Part shown: one piece after another, positions 47,101 to 55,264 of the stretch
Numbering within the stretch: the first letter of the stretch is position 1
Layout: the number at the start of each line of letters is the position of its first letter
Assembly (NCBI GenBank): GCA_947593585.1
Contig: CANQDP010000005.1
Span: 3,477-67,476 of the forward strand
DNA: 64,000 nucleotides
Direction of reading: 5' to 3'
DNA from: an uncultured Clostridia bacterium
Lineage (GTDB): Bacteria > Bacillota > Clostridia > Christensenellales > UBA1242
Made by a program: the position numbers and the translations under genes
Notes under the pieces: generated by a model
What the model saw: only the letters and a program-made list of their open reading frames with translations
Database searches by the model: none
Told to the model about the DNA's origin: nothing

Positions 47101-48241
47101 ATGCAGTTAAACCATAATAACTCTCGATATAATAGGTGATTTTATAGTCATCTGTTAAATCTTTATAACTCTTTGCATTTTCAAAATTTGATAGGAGCAA
47201 ATCGAAAGTGCGTTGGTTATCTTCCAAAACCAATTTGATGTTTGAATTTTCTCTTTTGGTGATTTCAATCTTTTTGATGGTGTAGTCAACATTAGTGCTC
47301 TTGTTTGTGTTGGCAGTAACGTTAGGGAGCTCTATGCCCTTCTGCCCTAATGCCATTGCTGGCATTGCAAGATTTTTATCTATTGTTAACTCTGTTGGTG
47401 CATCAAAATCGCTCATGACATTGATTGAAAATTCATCATTAGCGTTGTTTTCGCCACCAAGATATTCATATTTCACTCTATATGTGGCGCTATACTTGCC
47501 ATTTAGGTTGGCAGTAAGCACGCACTTTTTGTCTTCAAGTGAAACCTCAGGATTGTCATTTTCCTCTGCTGTTGGGTCGTAGATTTTTGCGCCATTTTTA
47601 TAGATTGTTGGAGCAACGGTTACATACTCTTCTTCCACGCCCGAAGTGAGATAATCGTCTGTGCCGGCGATTTGAACATAAGCATTTGGCAAAGTGATTT
47701 TTGCACCATCACCAGCTTGCGATGGAACTAAATCTTTTGCGCCATTTGGAGCAACGAATGTGAGTGTGTATTTAACGCTCTTAACATACACAGACACTGG
47801 GCTAGAGAAATAATATTTGCCACTCTCCTCATAGCCATACATAACCTTATAATAGCCGCTATTTAAAGACTTAATACGAATTGATTGGTTGCTTTCTTCG
47901 TATTCAAAATATTCTGTGGTGGATTTATCCGACTTGATTTCACAATCGTGAATTACACCGCTGCCGTCTATAACACGGATGATATAGTCAGTTGGCACTT
48001 TTGAGCCGGTGAGAAGCGGAATTGATAAATTATCGTCCGTTTTATCCTCATTGGATAAATCTATAACTGAATTTTCCTTTAATAATTGAATTGCGTTGAA
48101 ATCCACTGAAACGGGCGTTGGCTCGCCAGCGACTGCAACATTTGAGGATATGGCAAAAGGATTAATTGCGAAAACAAAAGCCATAACCAAAAAAGCAAGA
48201 ACTAGAACAATTTGCTTTATGTGTGATTTGAATTTAGTCAT
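44177..48241 (-). CDS. Large (1354 aa) type-I-topology surface protein with Ig-like (DUF5011/HYR-like) modules
   Basis: Signal peptide. Segments such as GTYYVVYTARDSAGNTTYFTYTFTV and SGTYHVTYKAKS are typical of bacterial Ig-like folds. C-terminal TM helix VVGTVLIVISLLILAGVILFFAF plus a Lys-rich tail. No LPXTG. Confidence 0.85.
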   Translation of the reverse strand: MTKFKSHIKQIVLVLAFLVMAFVFAINPFAISSNVAVAGEPTPVSVDFNAIQLLKENSVIDLSNEDKTDDNLSIPLLTGSKVPTDYIIRVIDGSGVIHDCEIKSDKSTTEYFEYEESNQSIRIKSLNSGYYKVMYGYEESGKYYFSSPVSVYVKSVKYTLTFVAPNGAKDLVPSQAGDGAKITLPNAYVQIAGTDDYLTSGVEEEYVTVAPTIYKNGAKIYDPTAEENDNPEVSLEDKKCVLTANLNGKYSATYRVKYEYLGGENNANDEFSINVMSDFDAPTELTIDKNLAMPAMALGQKGIELPNVTANTNKSTNVDYTIKKIEITKRENSNIKLVLEDNQRTFDLLLSNFENAKSYKDLTDDYKITYYIESYYGLTASATFNVTGVTLPSNSLDVSWAYTYDLPETVSWEKDSEGLPVLKKGEDVAKEVVVDSENVNKDYIYEFAPYYGYAELRFPAIFAEGIYDYDEYVFIRYFQSNTNSLDKFYIDNIKLNDDETGVVAVKDTEEGYNASNDPNIGKMNKVVRFKFNTNYSGFKLGYYTGKDYSLVYQVFNKTTGRNYIITQRKTLYESGTRAYKFKVLERALAGNVAGDETEGVSKNLTVSLSLNEDTIAEKSSFNTTVVSKDDVDANVRNALFLFTESGDAATVTAEAFEKDIKAEIAKLLLQEKDASWGNVNKEHGGSLEGDETTPDYSTNYFDNFKTNVLYNDNLVSALSKYNNITRMKEVSNGEFEVAFEKADDEKFVHLVAVAINDNNTVAIDFKTLSVDNTSEKDAPTAKVTAVEGEDDITNNNKTFYITDGAPKDIALPTVSFEDTTDKTLNISLQYYVISQEDLDAISEDELGYPAIRPSDFEQVVGKKTTVKDGVFTISNAKISASKAGTYYVVYTARDSAGNTTYFTYTFTVENIQSPKLTSINVKGATLSGGIYEADINSVVRFDYKVENEEGDITSKADTTIEIVGVKTGVEPDSYAGGYKFTVADDYKVTIKSTYQGKDMQTRTSNTKELTIRITVPALAWSGDVNVEAQKEVGEDVWLEYLSASHGNTDLDVEVTLEVTDPDYLPLDHGAPKLETKEIDNRLVTFWHFKLNDGFTDERVSEPKEGGPEYVASSHKTSGTYHVTYKAKSLVTDEEIEKEFDIKVGDSIKPEIRFGEGVVARLSQDIVYDGENRIEYNIDLKRGSTRTLVISIYSNGEQIDSIDTGLKLYDNDGTKTDAEIFNNWYNLSVTLEGAENLERNTDTTLDSQYFITGTGKFTLKFTLTDNNKNETIREISFNVVSKTAEEKHVSDSVVGTVLIVISLLILAGVILFFAFTGKKGGSGKSNKAKTTKSTKAKEKESEPEAESDAKSGDVE

Positions 48242-48273
48242 TTCTTTCTCCTATAATAAGTTTAGTCTTGTAT

Positions 48274-48302
48274 ATTGTAATAAATTTTTGGAAAATTGTC
48301 AA
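48274..48302 (-). promoter_or_regulatory. Promoter of the 1354-aa surface protein gene
   Basis: TTGACA-ATTTTCCAAAAATTTAT-TACAAT (17-nt spacer). Confidence 0.6.
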
Positions 48303-48440
48303 TTAAAATAAAGCATTTTTCTAAACTTTTAACACATTTAGTTTTAGTTTTAAACATAAAAATATTGAATGAAAAAAAACTTGTTATGTCGAAAAACAAA
48401 ATTTAATAAAAATAATTGCGGTTTTTATCACATTTGCAAT

Positions 48441-48467
48441 AAAAAAAGATTGGGCAAGCCAATCTTT
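48441..48467 (-). terminator. Intrinsic terminator after the HicB-like two-gene cassette
   Basis: AAAGATTGG-CTTGC-CCAATCTTT followed by TTTTTATT. Confidence 0.7.
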
Positions 48468-48993
48468 AAAATTCTAACTGCTTTTTTGAAGTGTACTCCT
48501 TAGGCAGGAAGTTGAATTCTTCACTGCTGGCAAGGAAATATTGCTTTTGGCGATGGGCTTTCAAACGCTCTAAAAATTGTGCGTCTAGCAATTTATATCT
48601 TTCAAGCAAAATGGTGTTTAGTTCCGCAAAATCAAGAGTTTTTGAAGCGAGCAAGGCGTTTTTGGTTTCAACCGCCCATGTGCTTGGGTCTAGCAAGCCG
48701 GAATTGCTGAAATTGCAAAGGACATTCATATCTTCGGGCGAAGTGATTAATCGGGTGATAACCGCCACCTTCTCTTGCACTGTGCGGGGAAGCTCTTTAA
48801 CGGCGTTTGCGTCCATATAATAAAACTCATAAAGTTTATCAGGCTCGCCAAATATTGCGCTTGCATGACGCGGACGCCTTAGCACAACTCTATCGCCATA
48901 TATTCCCCTGCCTCGCTTATACTCAACTATTTCATAAAAATTATTGATTAGGAAGTCTAGCTGAGGCCAATTCTGCACATTTACCTTCGTCAA
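48466..48993 (-). CDS. Hypothetical protein (175 aa), downstream partner of the HicB-like gene
   Basis: TTG start 4 nt after a strong AAAGGTGGGAG RBS. No motif recognised. The terminator overlaps the stop codon. Confidence 0.6.
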   Translation of the reverse strand: MTKVNVQNWPQLDFLINNFYEIVEYKRGRGIYGDRVVLRRPRHASAIFGEPDKLYEFYYMDANAVKELPRTVQEKVAVITRLITSPEDMNVLCNFSNSGLLDPSTWAVETKNALLASKTLDFAELNTILLERYKLLDAQFLERLKAHRQKQYFLASSEEFNFLPKEYTSKKQLEF

Positions 48994-49018
48994 TCTACTC
49001 CCACCTTTTAACGCCTAA

Positions 49019-49288
49019 TTAATTTAGCGCATCAACCAACAAGCAAATTTGCTTTTTATACTTCTTTTGAAATTCTTCAAACTTGGTTGGCTTTTCCAAC
49101 TCGCAATCAAACTTGATTGCGCAATCCACCATTGCGCAAAGATATTCTTTTGCTTTGATGAAAGCCATTTCAATGCTTTCACCTTCCGTTACTATGCCAA
49201 CATCTGGAATATGAATAGTGTACCACCCCGTGTTGGTGCCTTTTTCGTCATCTTTATATAAAACTGCAGGATAAACTAAATCTTCCAT
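49019..49288 (-). CDS. HicB-like (UPF0150) small protein without a DNA-binding domain
   Basis: YPAVLYKDDE..GWYTIHIPDVGIVTEGESIEMAFIKAKEYL matches the HicB N-terminal antitoxin-like fold pattern. RBS GTGGGGG. Confidence 0.6.
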   Translation of the reverse strand: MEDLVYPAVLYKDDEKGTNTGWYTIHIPDVGIVTEGESIEMAFIKAKEYLCAMVDCAIKFDCELEKPTKFEEFQKKYKKQICLLVDALN

Positions 49289-49375
49289 AAACCCCCACTT
49301 ATGCTTATTTTATCATATTTGATTTTAAATGTAAAACAATTTTAACAATTAAATAAAAATTGATTTAATGCATTT

Positions 49376-50887
49376 TTACGCCTTGATGAGAAGAACAAAA
49401 GTGTCTATTTTATCTATGTATAAATTGCTAAACTGGTTCATTTCATATTCGTGCACAACTGAATAATATTTTGAAATTAGCGCTTCATTTTTTATGTAAT
49501 CACCCTTCTCACAGAGCAAGAAATCTGCCGATTGCTTTTCCACTTCCTTATCAAAACTTGCAAACATTTCAGGGAAAGCATCTTCTTTAAACACATTTTG
49601 AGCAAAGAACCTTGCGTTTGGCGTGATTTTGCAAGCGTTATAAAAGCCATAATCATACATCTTATAGCAAAATAGGGTTGGATTTTCAATGCCGTTTTGC
49701 TTAGAATAATTAGATATGTCGTCCGCCACAACTAGTTGAATATAATCGCTCTTCTCATTTTTTATTGCGCGGGTGGATGGGCAAAGGAAATAGCAATAGC
49801 CCAAGCCAACAACTAAGCATAGCATCGCGCTAACAACTTTGAAGAAAGCGTTATATTTGATGTGGCAAAACTGTTTGAAAATCATGATAAGACCAAGGCT
49901 TGCAAACGGATAAAGCACAACGAAATAGTATATATGGCAATTTTGAAGCATTAATATGCCAAGATTTATAAACAAAACTAAGAAATATAGCCATGCTTTT
50001 TTGCCCGTTTCTTTGAAATATAAAAACATTCCAACAAACATTATAGAGCAGCAAACATAATCATAAGCAAACAATTTAAACACATTGACCAGCACGCCCA
50101 TATATTTGCTATTATAGGCAAAAAGGTTTATGTAGAAATATGCCCAAAACATATCTTTTAGAGCATGATTGATTATATAATATAAAACGCTTAGAAAGGT
50201 GATGATGGCAAAGCCTAAAATCATAAATCCGATTGAAGCAAACATCTTTTTGAAATCTTTATTTTTGATGCTTATTATCAGCCAAATTAGAAGCATTGCC
50301 ACCAAGCCGACAATGGCGGTGAATTTCACCCAAAAAATTGCCGCCACGCTTGCCCCAATGAGCATGGAGCGAAGAGGTGAAAACTGCTTTTTTTCTTCAA
50401 TAAACTCAATGAAGCAAAGCAAAACATACATAATTAGTGGCAGAAAAAATTCTTCCACTGCCCCGCCACCAGCAAGATTATATGGTGAAGAGACGGCAAC
50501 GAACAAAATGGTGATTGCGCAAATCACGCTTGCAAAAGGCGAAACATATCTGCGCGCTAGTTTGAAAGTGAGATAGGCAAACACGCCCAAGCAAACCACT
50601 TCAAACAAAAGCACCATAATATAAGGATTTTTAAACAAGCAAAAGAAGGAAAACACCACATATAGCAACGGACCTTTTTGCTCAAACAAATCTCGATAAG
50701 GGGCTTTGCCATTTACTATGCCCCGCCCGACTGTGATATACCAATTCACATCTGTGTTTGTGTTGAATTTATATAAAAACGAGTTTTGGCTGCAAACTGT
50801 TAAAAAGCCAAACGCCACCAACAAAAAAAATAAGATTAAAGCAACGGTTTTCAAACCATTTAAAATCGGACTTTTTTTGCTTTCCAT
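49376..50887 (-). CDS. GT-C fold glycosyltransferase (PMT/ArnT-like, GT39/GT83-type)
   Basis: About 12 TM helices. First-loop motif GKAPYRDLFEQKGPLLY is typical of ArnT/PMT_2 enzymes. Soluble C-terminal domain. Start uncertain (TTG 50923 or ATG 50887). Confidence 0.65.
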   Translation of the reverse strand: MESKKSPILNGLKTVALILFFLLVAFGFLTVCSQNSFLYKFNTNTDVNWYITVGRGIVNGKAPYRDLFEQKGPLLYVVFSFFCLFKNPYIMVLLFEVVCLGVFAYLTFKLARRYVSPFASVICAITILFVAVSSPYNLAGGGAVEEFFLPLIMYVLLCFIEFIEEKKQFSPLRSMLIGASVAAIFWVKFTAIVGLVAMLLIWLIISIKNKDFKKMFASIGFMILGFAIITFLSVLYYIINHALKDMFWAYFYINLFAYNSKYMGVLVNVFKLFAYDYVCCSIMFVGMFLYFKETGKKAWLYFLVLFINLGILMLQNCHIYYFVVLYPFASLGLIMIFKQFCHIKYNAFFKVVSAMLCLVVGLGYCYFLCPSTRAIKNEKSDYIQLVVADDISNYSKQNGIENPTLFCYKMYDYGFYNACKITPNARFFAQNVFKEDAFPEMFASFDKEVEKQSADFLLCEKGDYIKNEALISKYYSVVHEYEMNQFSNLYIDKIDTFVLLIKA

Positions 50888-50963
50888 GCAAACAATATAA
50901 CACTTTGTTTGGATATTTGTCAAATAAGTGGAAATAAAAAAGCTCCCAAATTGGGAGCTAAGA

Positions 50964-51314
50964 TTAACCTATCTTTTTAATATCTTGCTCGATTTCGGCG
51001 CGAGCAAGTTTGTCACGCTTAGAAATCTCTTCGCTGAATGGCTCTGCACCCATAATTGGGCGAGCCTTTGAAAGGGTTTTTGCAGTTTTATTAACCAAAT
51101 TTAATTTGTGCAAATACTTTTGATAAATCTCGAAAAACAAGCTTGAAGTGAGGGTTGAATCCTCGCGGAACTCTTCCCTTAGAGCAACCATTTGCTCCGC
51201 ATTAATTGCGTTTGCAGGCTCTTTCAACTGGGCAGGCGTAACCTTTATTGCCTTGATTTCCTTCCTAAACGCTTTTCTACTCCTTGTGTATGGATGTTCA
51301 TTGACACTTTTCAT
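50964..51314 (-). CDS. Hypothetical protein (116 aa)
   Basis: Start moved to MKSVNEHPY (ATG 51314), 6 nt after GGAGG. No motif recognised. Confidence 0.55.
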   Translation of the reverse strand: MKSVNEHPYTRSRKAFRKEIKAIKVTPAQLKEPANAINAEQMVALREEFREDSTLTSSLFFEIYQKYLHKLNLVNKTAKTLSKARPIMGAEPFSEEISKRDKLARAEIEQDIKKIG

Positions 51315-51454
51315 ATGAGCCTCCTTTAAATTCAACTTTATATTATCACAAAATTTAAAATTTGTAAATAGTTTTTCAATATTTTTCTAAAAATTTTTGC
51401 AAATTTTTTTTGAATTAATTTTCTATTTTTTATGCGGGTTTTTTAGCGTTTAAG

Positions 51455-51480
51455 AATAAAGAAAAAGCCCGATTGGGCTT
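51455..51480 (-). terminator. Intrinsic terminator after rpoC
   Basis: AAGCCC-AATC-GGGCTT followed by TTTCTTTATT. Confidence 0.65.
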
Positions 51481-54400
51481 AATCTTCATCCACATCTTCA
51501 AACTTGATGTTGAAGTTTTGATTTTGAATTTCGTTGTCATCTTTCATCAATTTTGGAAGGATATTTCTATAAATTGGAGCACCTGTGCCGGCTGGGATCA
51601 TCTTACCTATGATTATGTTTTCTTTCAAGCCAACTAGGTGGTCAACTTTGCCTTTCAATGCCGCCTCTGTGAGCACATTGCTGCTCTCTTGGAATGATGC
51701 AGCAGACAAGAAACTCTCTGTGGTTAGGCTGGCCTTTGTGATGCCTTGAAGTTCGCGTTTTGCAGTGGCAGGCACGCCGCCCTCTTGCAATGCTTTTGTG
51801 TTGGCTTCTTCAAAGCGTCTATTATCCACAATGTCGCCCGGAAGCAAGTCTGTGTCGCCAGAATTTTCAATTTTAACCTTTTTGAGCATCTGCCTGATGA
51901 TAATTTCAAGGTGCTTTGCATTGATTGAAACCATCTGTGATTTATACACTTCAAGCACTTCGTTGAGCAAATATTCTTGCACGGCTTTCACACCGCGAGT
52001 GCGAAGCACATCTCTTGGATTTAATGGACCTTCTGTGAGTGCTGTGCCCGGAGTTACAACATCACCATTTTTAACTTTAAGTGTTGAGCCAAATGGCAGG
52101 ATGTAACTCTCTTCCGTTGTCCCTTTAATAACTACTTCATATCGCTTATCTATTTGATTAATAGTCACTTTGCCGCCAATGTCGCACATAACTGCTGCAC
52201 CCTTAGGGTTGCGTGCTTCAAAGATTTCTTCAACACGAGGCAAACCTGAGGTGATGTCCAGCGATGCAGAACCACCGCTGTGGAAGGTTCGTAGCACGAG
52301 CTGTGTGCCTGGCTCACCGATTGATTGAGCTGCAATGACGCCGACAGCTTCGCCAACATGGACAATATCGTTAGTGGACATATCTCTTCCATAACACTTA
52401 GCGCAAACGCCCATCTTGGCTTTGCAGGTTAAGTTGCTTCGAATGTTCACCTTTTCTATGCCGGCATTAACAATTTCTTTTGCAATTTCGTTAGTGATGA
52501 ATTGGTCTTCACCAATGATTTCTTTCTTGGTTTTAGGGTTGATAATTCTCTCTGCAGTGAAGCGACCAACTATGCGGTTTTCAAGGCTTTCAACAACTGT
52601 GCCATTTTGCTTAATTTCAGTTACTTCAATGCCTTTAACGCCCTCGCCAAGTGCTGCAAAGCAGTCTTCTTCCGTTACAGTTACATCTTGGGCAATATCA
52701 ACAAGCCTACGAGTTAAGTAACCAGAGTCGGCAGTTTTTAACGCTGTGTCCATCAACTGCTTACGGCTACCACGAGCGGCTGAATAGTATTCAAGAGAAC
52801 TCAAACCGCGCCTATAATTTGATTTAACTGGCACATCAGACAATTCACCGCTGGCAGCATCCATTTTGCCTAGAATACCGCTCAACTGCTTAAATTGACC
52901 CTCATTGCCACGCGCACCAGACGCAAGAATAACTTTAAGTGGATTGAATTTTGGAATTTCGTCTGATGTAACTTTAACTAGGTCATTAGAAGTTTTCTCC
53001 CAAATTGCGAAGTTCTTTGACCTCTTATCGTTATAACTCAAGAAGCCTTGCATATATAACGAATCATTTTGCTTGGCAATTTCATTGGCTTCTTCCAAGA
53101 TTTTATCTCTCTCTTTGGCTTCTTTTATGTCGTAGATTGAGAATGACACGCTTGCAAGTGTGGAATATTTATAACCCATATTTTTGATGTCGTCTATCAT
53201 AGTTACAGTGGTGTTTGTGCCGTGCTTACGATAGCAACTCTCAATAAGCTTTGAATATTCGCCTTTCTTGATTTCTTTATCTAATTCCAACTTTAAAGCG
53301 TTTTCGCGCTTAGACCTATCCACAAAGCCTAAATCTTGCGGAATTACACTATTGAATATTAATTTGCCGAGAGTGGTTTCAATTCTGCCTGTGATAATTT
53401 CGCCATTAAACTCAGCAGTTCTTCTAACATTAATTTTGGCTTGAAGGCTTAATTCTCCATTTTCATAAGCAAGCATTGCTTCGTCAAACGAAACGAAACT
53501 CATGCCTTCACCCTTTGCACCTTGCCTATCTGCCGTGAGATAGTAATTGCCCAAAATCATATCTTGGCTTGGCAACATATTTGGGCTGCCATCACTTGGC
53601 TTCAACACATTGTTTGAAGCGAGCAAAAGCATTCTTGCCTCAGTGCGTGCTTCGATTGAAAGTGGCACGTGCATACTCATCTGGTCACCATCGAAGTCCG
53701 CATTAAAGCCGCCGCACGCCAGAGGTGGCAAACGGATTGCCTTGCCTTCCACTAGGATTGGCTCAAAGGCTTGCACGCTCAATTTGTGAAGGGTTGGTGC
53801 ACGGTTTAATAGCACAGGGTGCCCTTGCACAACCTCTTGCAAAATGTCATACACAACAGGACGCTCTTGGTCAATCATGCGGGTGGCTTTCTTTAAATTG
53901 TTGGTTGCATTTATTTCCAACAATCTTTTAATGATGAATGGACGGAACAATTCAAGTGCCATCATCTTTGGAAGACCACACTGATAGATTTTCAATTCTG
54001 GGCCAACCACGATAACTGAACGGCCGGAATAGTCAACACGCTTGCCGAGCAAGTTTTGACGGAAACGGCCATGTTTGCCTTTCAGAGATGCGGTTAAGGA
54101 CTTCAAATCTCTCTGCCTGCTGCCCTGCACCGCTCTGCCGCGCTTGCCATTATCAAATAGTGCATCCACACTCTCTTGAAGCATACGCTTTTCGTTGCGA
54201 ATAATGATTTCTGGTGCACCTAACTCAATTAACTTTTTAAGGCGGTTATTTCTATTGATAACCCTTCTATATAAGTCATTCAAATCGCTCGCTGCAAATT
54301 TGCCGCCATCAATTTGAACTAATGGACGCAAATCTGGTGGGATAACTGGGATAACATCCAAAATCATCCATGCCGGCTTATTGCCCGACTTGATAAAGGC

Positions 54401-55045
54401 TTCAACAACTTCCAATTTTTTAGTGGCTTTTAATTTGCGTTGACCTTTGGCAGAATGCATAATGTTTGTGAGCTCTTCGCGCTCTTTTTCAAGGTCGATG
54501 TCATTTAAAAGCTCTTTGATTGCCTCTGCTCCCATGCCTGCACGGAAACCATTAGGACCATATTTCTCAACAGCCTCACGATATTCCCTATCACGGATAA
54601 CTTGCTTATATGCAAACTCTGTGTTTTTAGGGTCGGTTACGACATAACTAACATAATAAAGCACCTCTTCGAGTTGCTTTGGGCTCATATCTAGCACAAT
54701 GCCTAGCCTGCTTGGCACGCCCTTAAAGAACCAAATGTGGCTAACAGGGCAAGCAAGTTCGATGTGCCCCATACGCTCACGCCTAACCTTGCTTCTAGTT
54801 ACTTCAACGCCGCACTTATCGCACACAACGCCCTTATATCTAACGCGTTTATATTTGCCGCAATGGCACTCCCAATCCTTTTTTGGACCAAAAATGCGTT
54901 CGCAAAACAAACCATCTTTTTCTGGTTTTTGTGTGCGGTAGTTGATTGTTTCTGGTTTGGTAACCTCGCCTCGGCTCCAAGACCTTATCATCTCAGGTGA
55001 GGCGATGCCAACACGGATAGAGTCAAAATTGTTTAATTCAAACAT
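51479..55045 (-). CDS. rpoC: DNA-directed RNA polymerase subunit beta-prime
   Basis: 1188 aa. Zinc-binding CHCGKY..C..CGV and catalytic NADFDGDQM motifs. Confidence 0.97.
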   Translation of the reverse strand: MFELNNFDSIRVGIASPEMIRSWSRGEVTKPETINYRTQKPEKDGLFCERIFGPKKDWECHCGKYKRVRYKGVVCDKCGVEVTRSKVRRERMGHIELACPVSHIWFFKGVPSRLGIVLDMSPKQLEEVLYYVSYVVTDPKNTEFAYKQVIRDREYREAVEKYGPNGFRAGMGAEAIKELLNDIDLEKEREELTNIMHSAKGQRKLKATKKLEVVEAFIKSGNKPAWMILDVIPVIPPDLRPLVQIDGGKFAASDLNDLYRRVINRNNRLKKLIELGAPEIIIRNEKRMLQESVDALFDNGKRGRAVQGSRQRDLKSLTASLKGKHGRFRQNLLGKRVDYSGRSVIVVGPELKIYQCGLPKMMALELFRPFIIKRLLEINATNNLKKATRMIDQERPVVYDILQEVVQGHPVLLNRAPTLHKLSVQAFEPILVEGKAIRLPPLACGGFNADFDGDQMSMHVPLSIEARTEARMLLLASNNVLKPSDGSPNMLPSQDMILGNYYLTADRQGAKGEGMSFVSFDEAMLAYENGELSLQAKINVRRTAEFNGEIITGRIETTLGKLIFNSVIPQDLGFVDRSKRENALKLELDKEIKKGEYSKLIESCYRKHGTNTTVTMIDDIKNMGYKYSTLASVSFSIYDIKEAKERDKILEEANEIAKQNDSLYMQGFLSYNDKRSKNFAIWEKTSNDLVKVTSDEIPKFNPLKVILASGARGNEGQFKQLSGILGKMDAASGELSDVPVKSNYRRGLSSLEYYSAARGSRKQLMDTALKTADSGYLTRRLVDIAQDVTVTEEDCFAALGEGVKGIEVTEIKQNGTVVESLENRIVGRFTAERIINPKTKKEIIGEDQFITNEIAKEIVNAGIEKVNIRSNLTCKAKMGVCAKCYGRDMSTNDIVHVGEAVGVIAAQSIGEPGTQLVLRTFHSGGSASLDITSGLPRVEEIFEARNPKGAAVMCDIGGKVTINQIDKRYEVVIKGTTEESYILPFGSTLKVKNGDVVTPGTALTEGPLNPRDVLRTRGVKAVQEYLLNEVLEVYKSQMVSINAKHLEIIIRQMLKKVKIENSGDTDLLPGDIVDNRRFEEANTKALQEGGVPATAKRELQGITKASLTTESFLSAASFQESSNVLTEAALKGKVDHLVGLKENIIIGKMIPAGTGAPIYRNILPKLMKDDNEIQNQNFNIKFEDVDED

Positions 55046-55072
55046 TTAATTTCTCCTAGTTTTATGTTAATT

Positions 55073-55243
55073 CTAAATTGTTACGCCGTACTCTTGCTTT
55101 TTCAATGAACTTAACGCTGATTTAATTGTTGTGTAGGTCTTTTTGTTTACAACACAACCATCAAATTCCAACATGTCTTTGCGGTTGTGCTTCACTAACA
55201 AGGACCTTTCTTGCTGAGTGAAACTTACTTTATACTGGTTCAT
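55073..55243 (-). CDS. Small ORF (56 aa) between rpoB and rpoC
   Basis: Hand-translated: MNQYKVSFTQQERSLLVKHNRKDMLEFDGCVVNKKTYTTIKSALSSLKKQEYGVTI. AAGAGGAAATT lies before the ATG. It sits 21 nt after the rpoB stop and 27 nt before the rpoC ATG. It is below the ORF-track length cutoff. Confidence 0.5.
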   Translation of the reverse strand: MNQYKVSFTQQERSLLVKHNRKDMLEFDGCVVNKKTYTTIKSALSSLKKQEYGVTI

Positions 55244-55264
55244 AATTTCCTCTTTTGATTTAAG

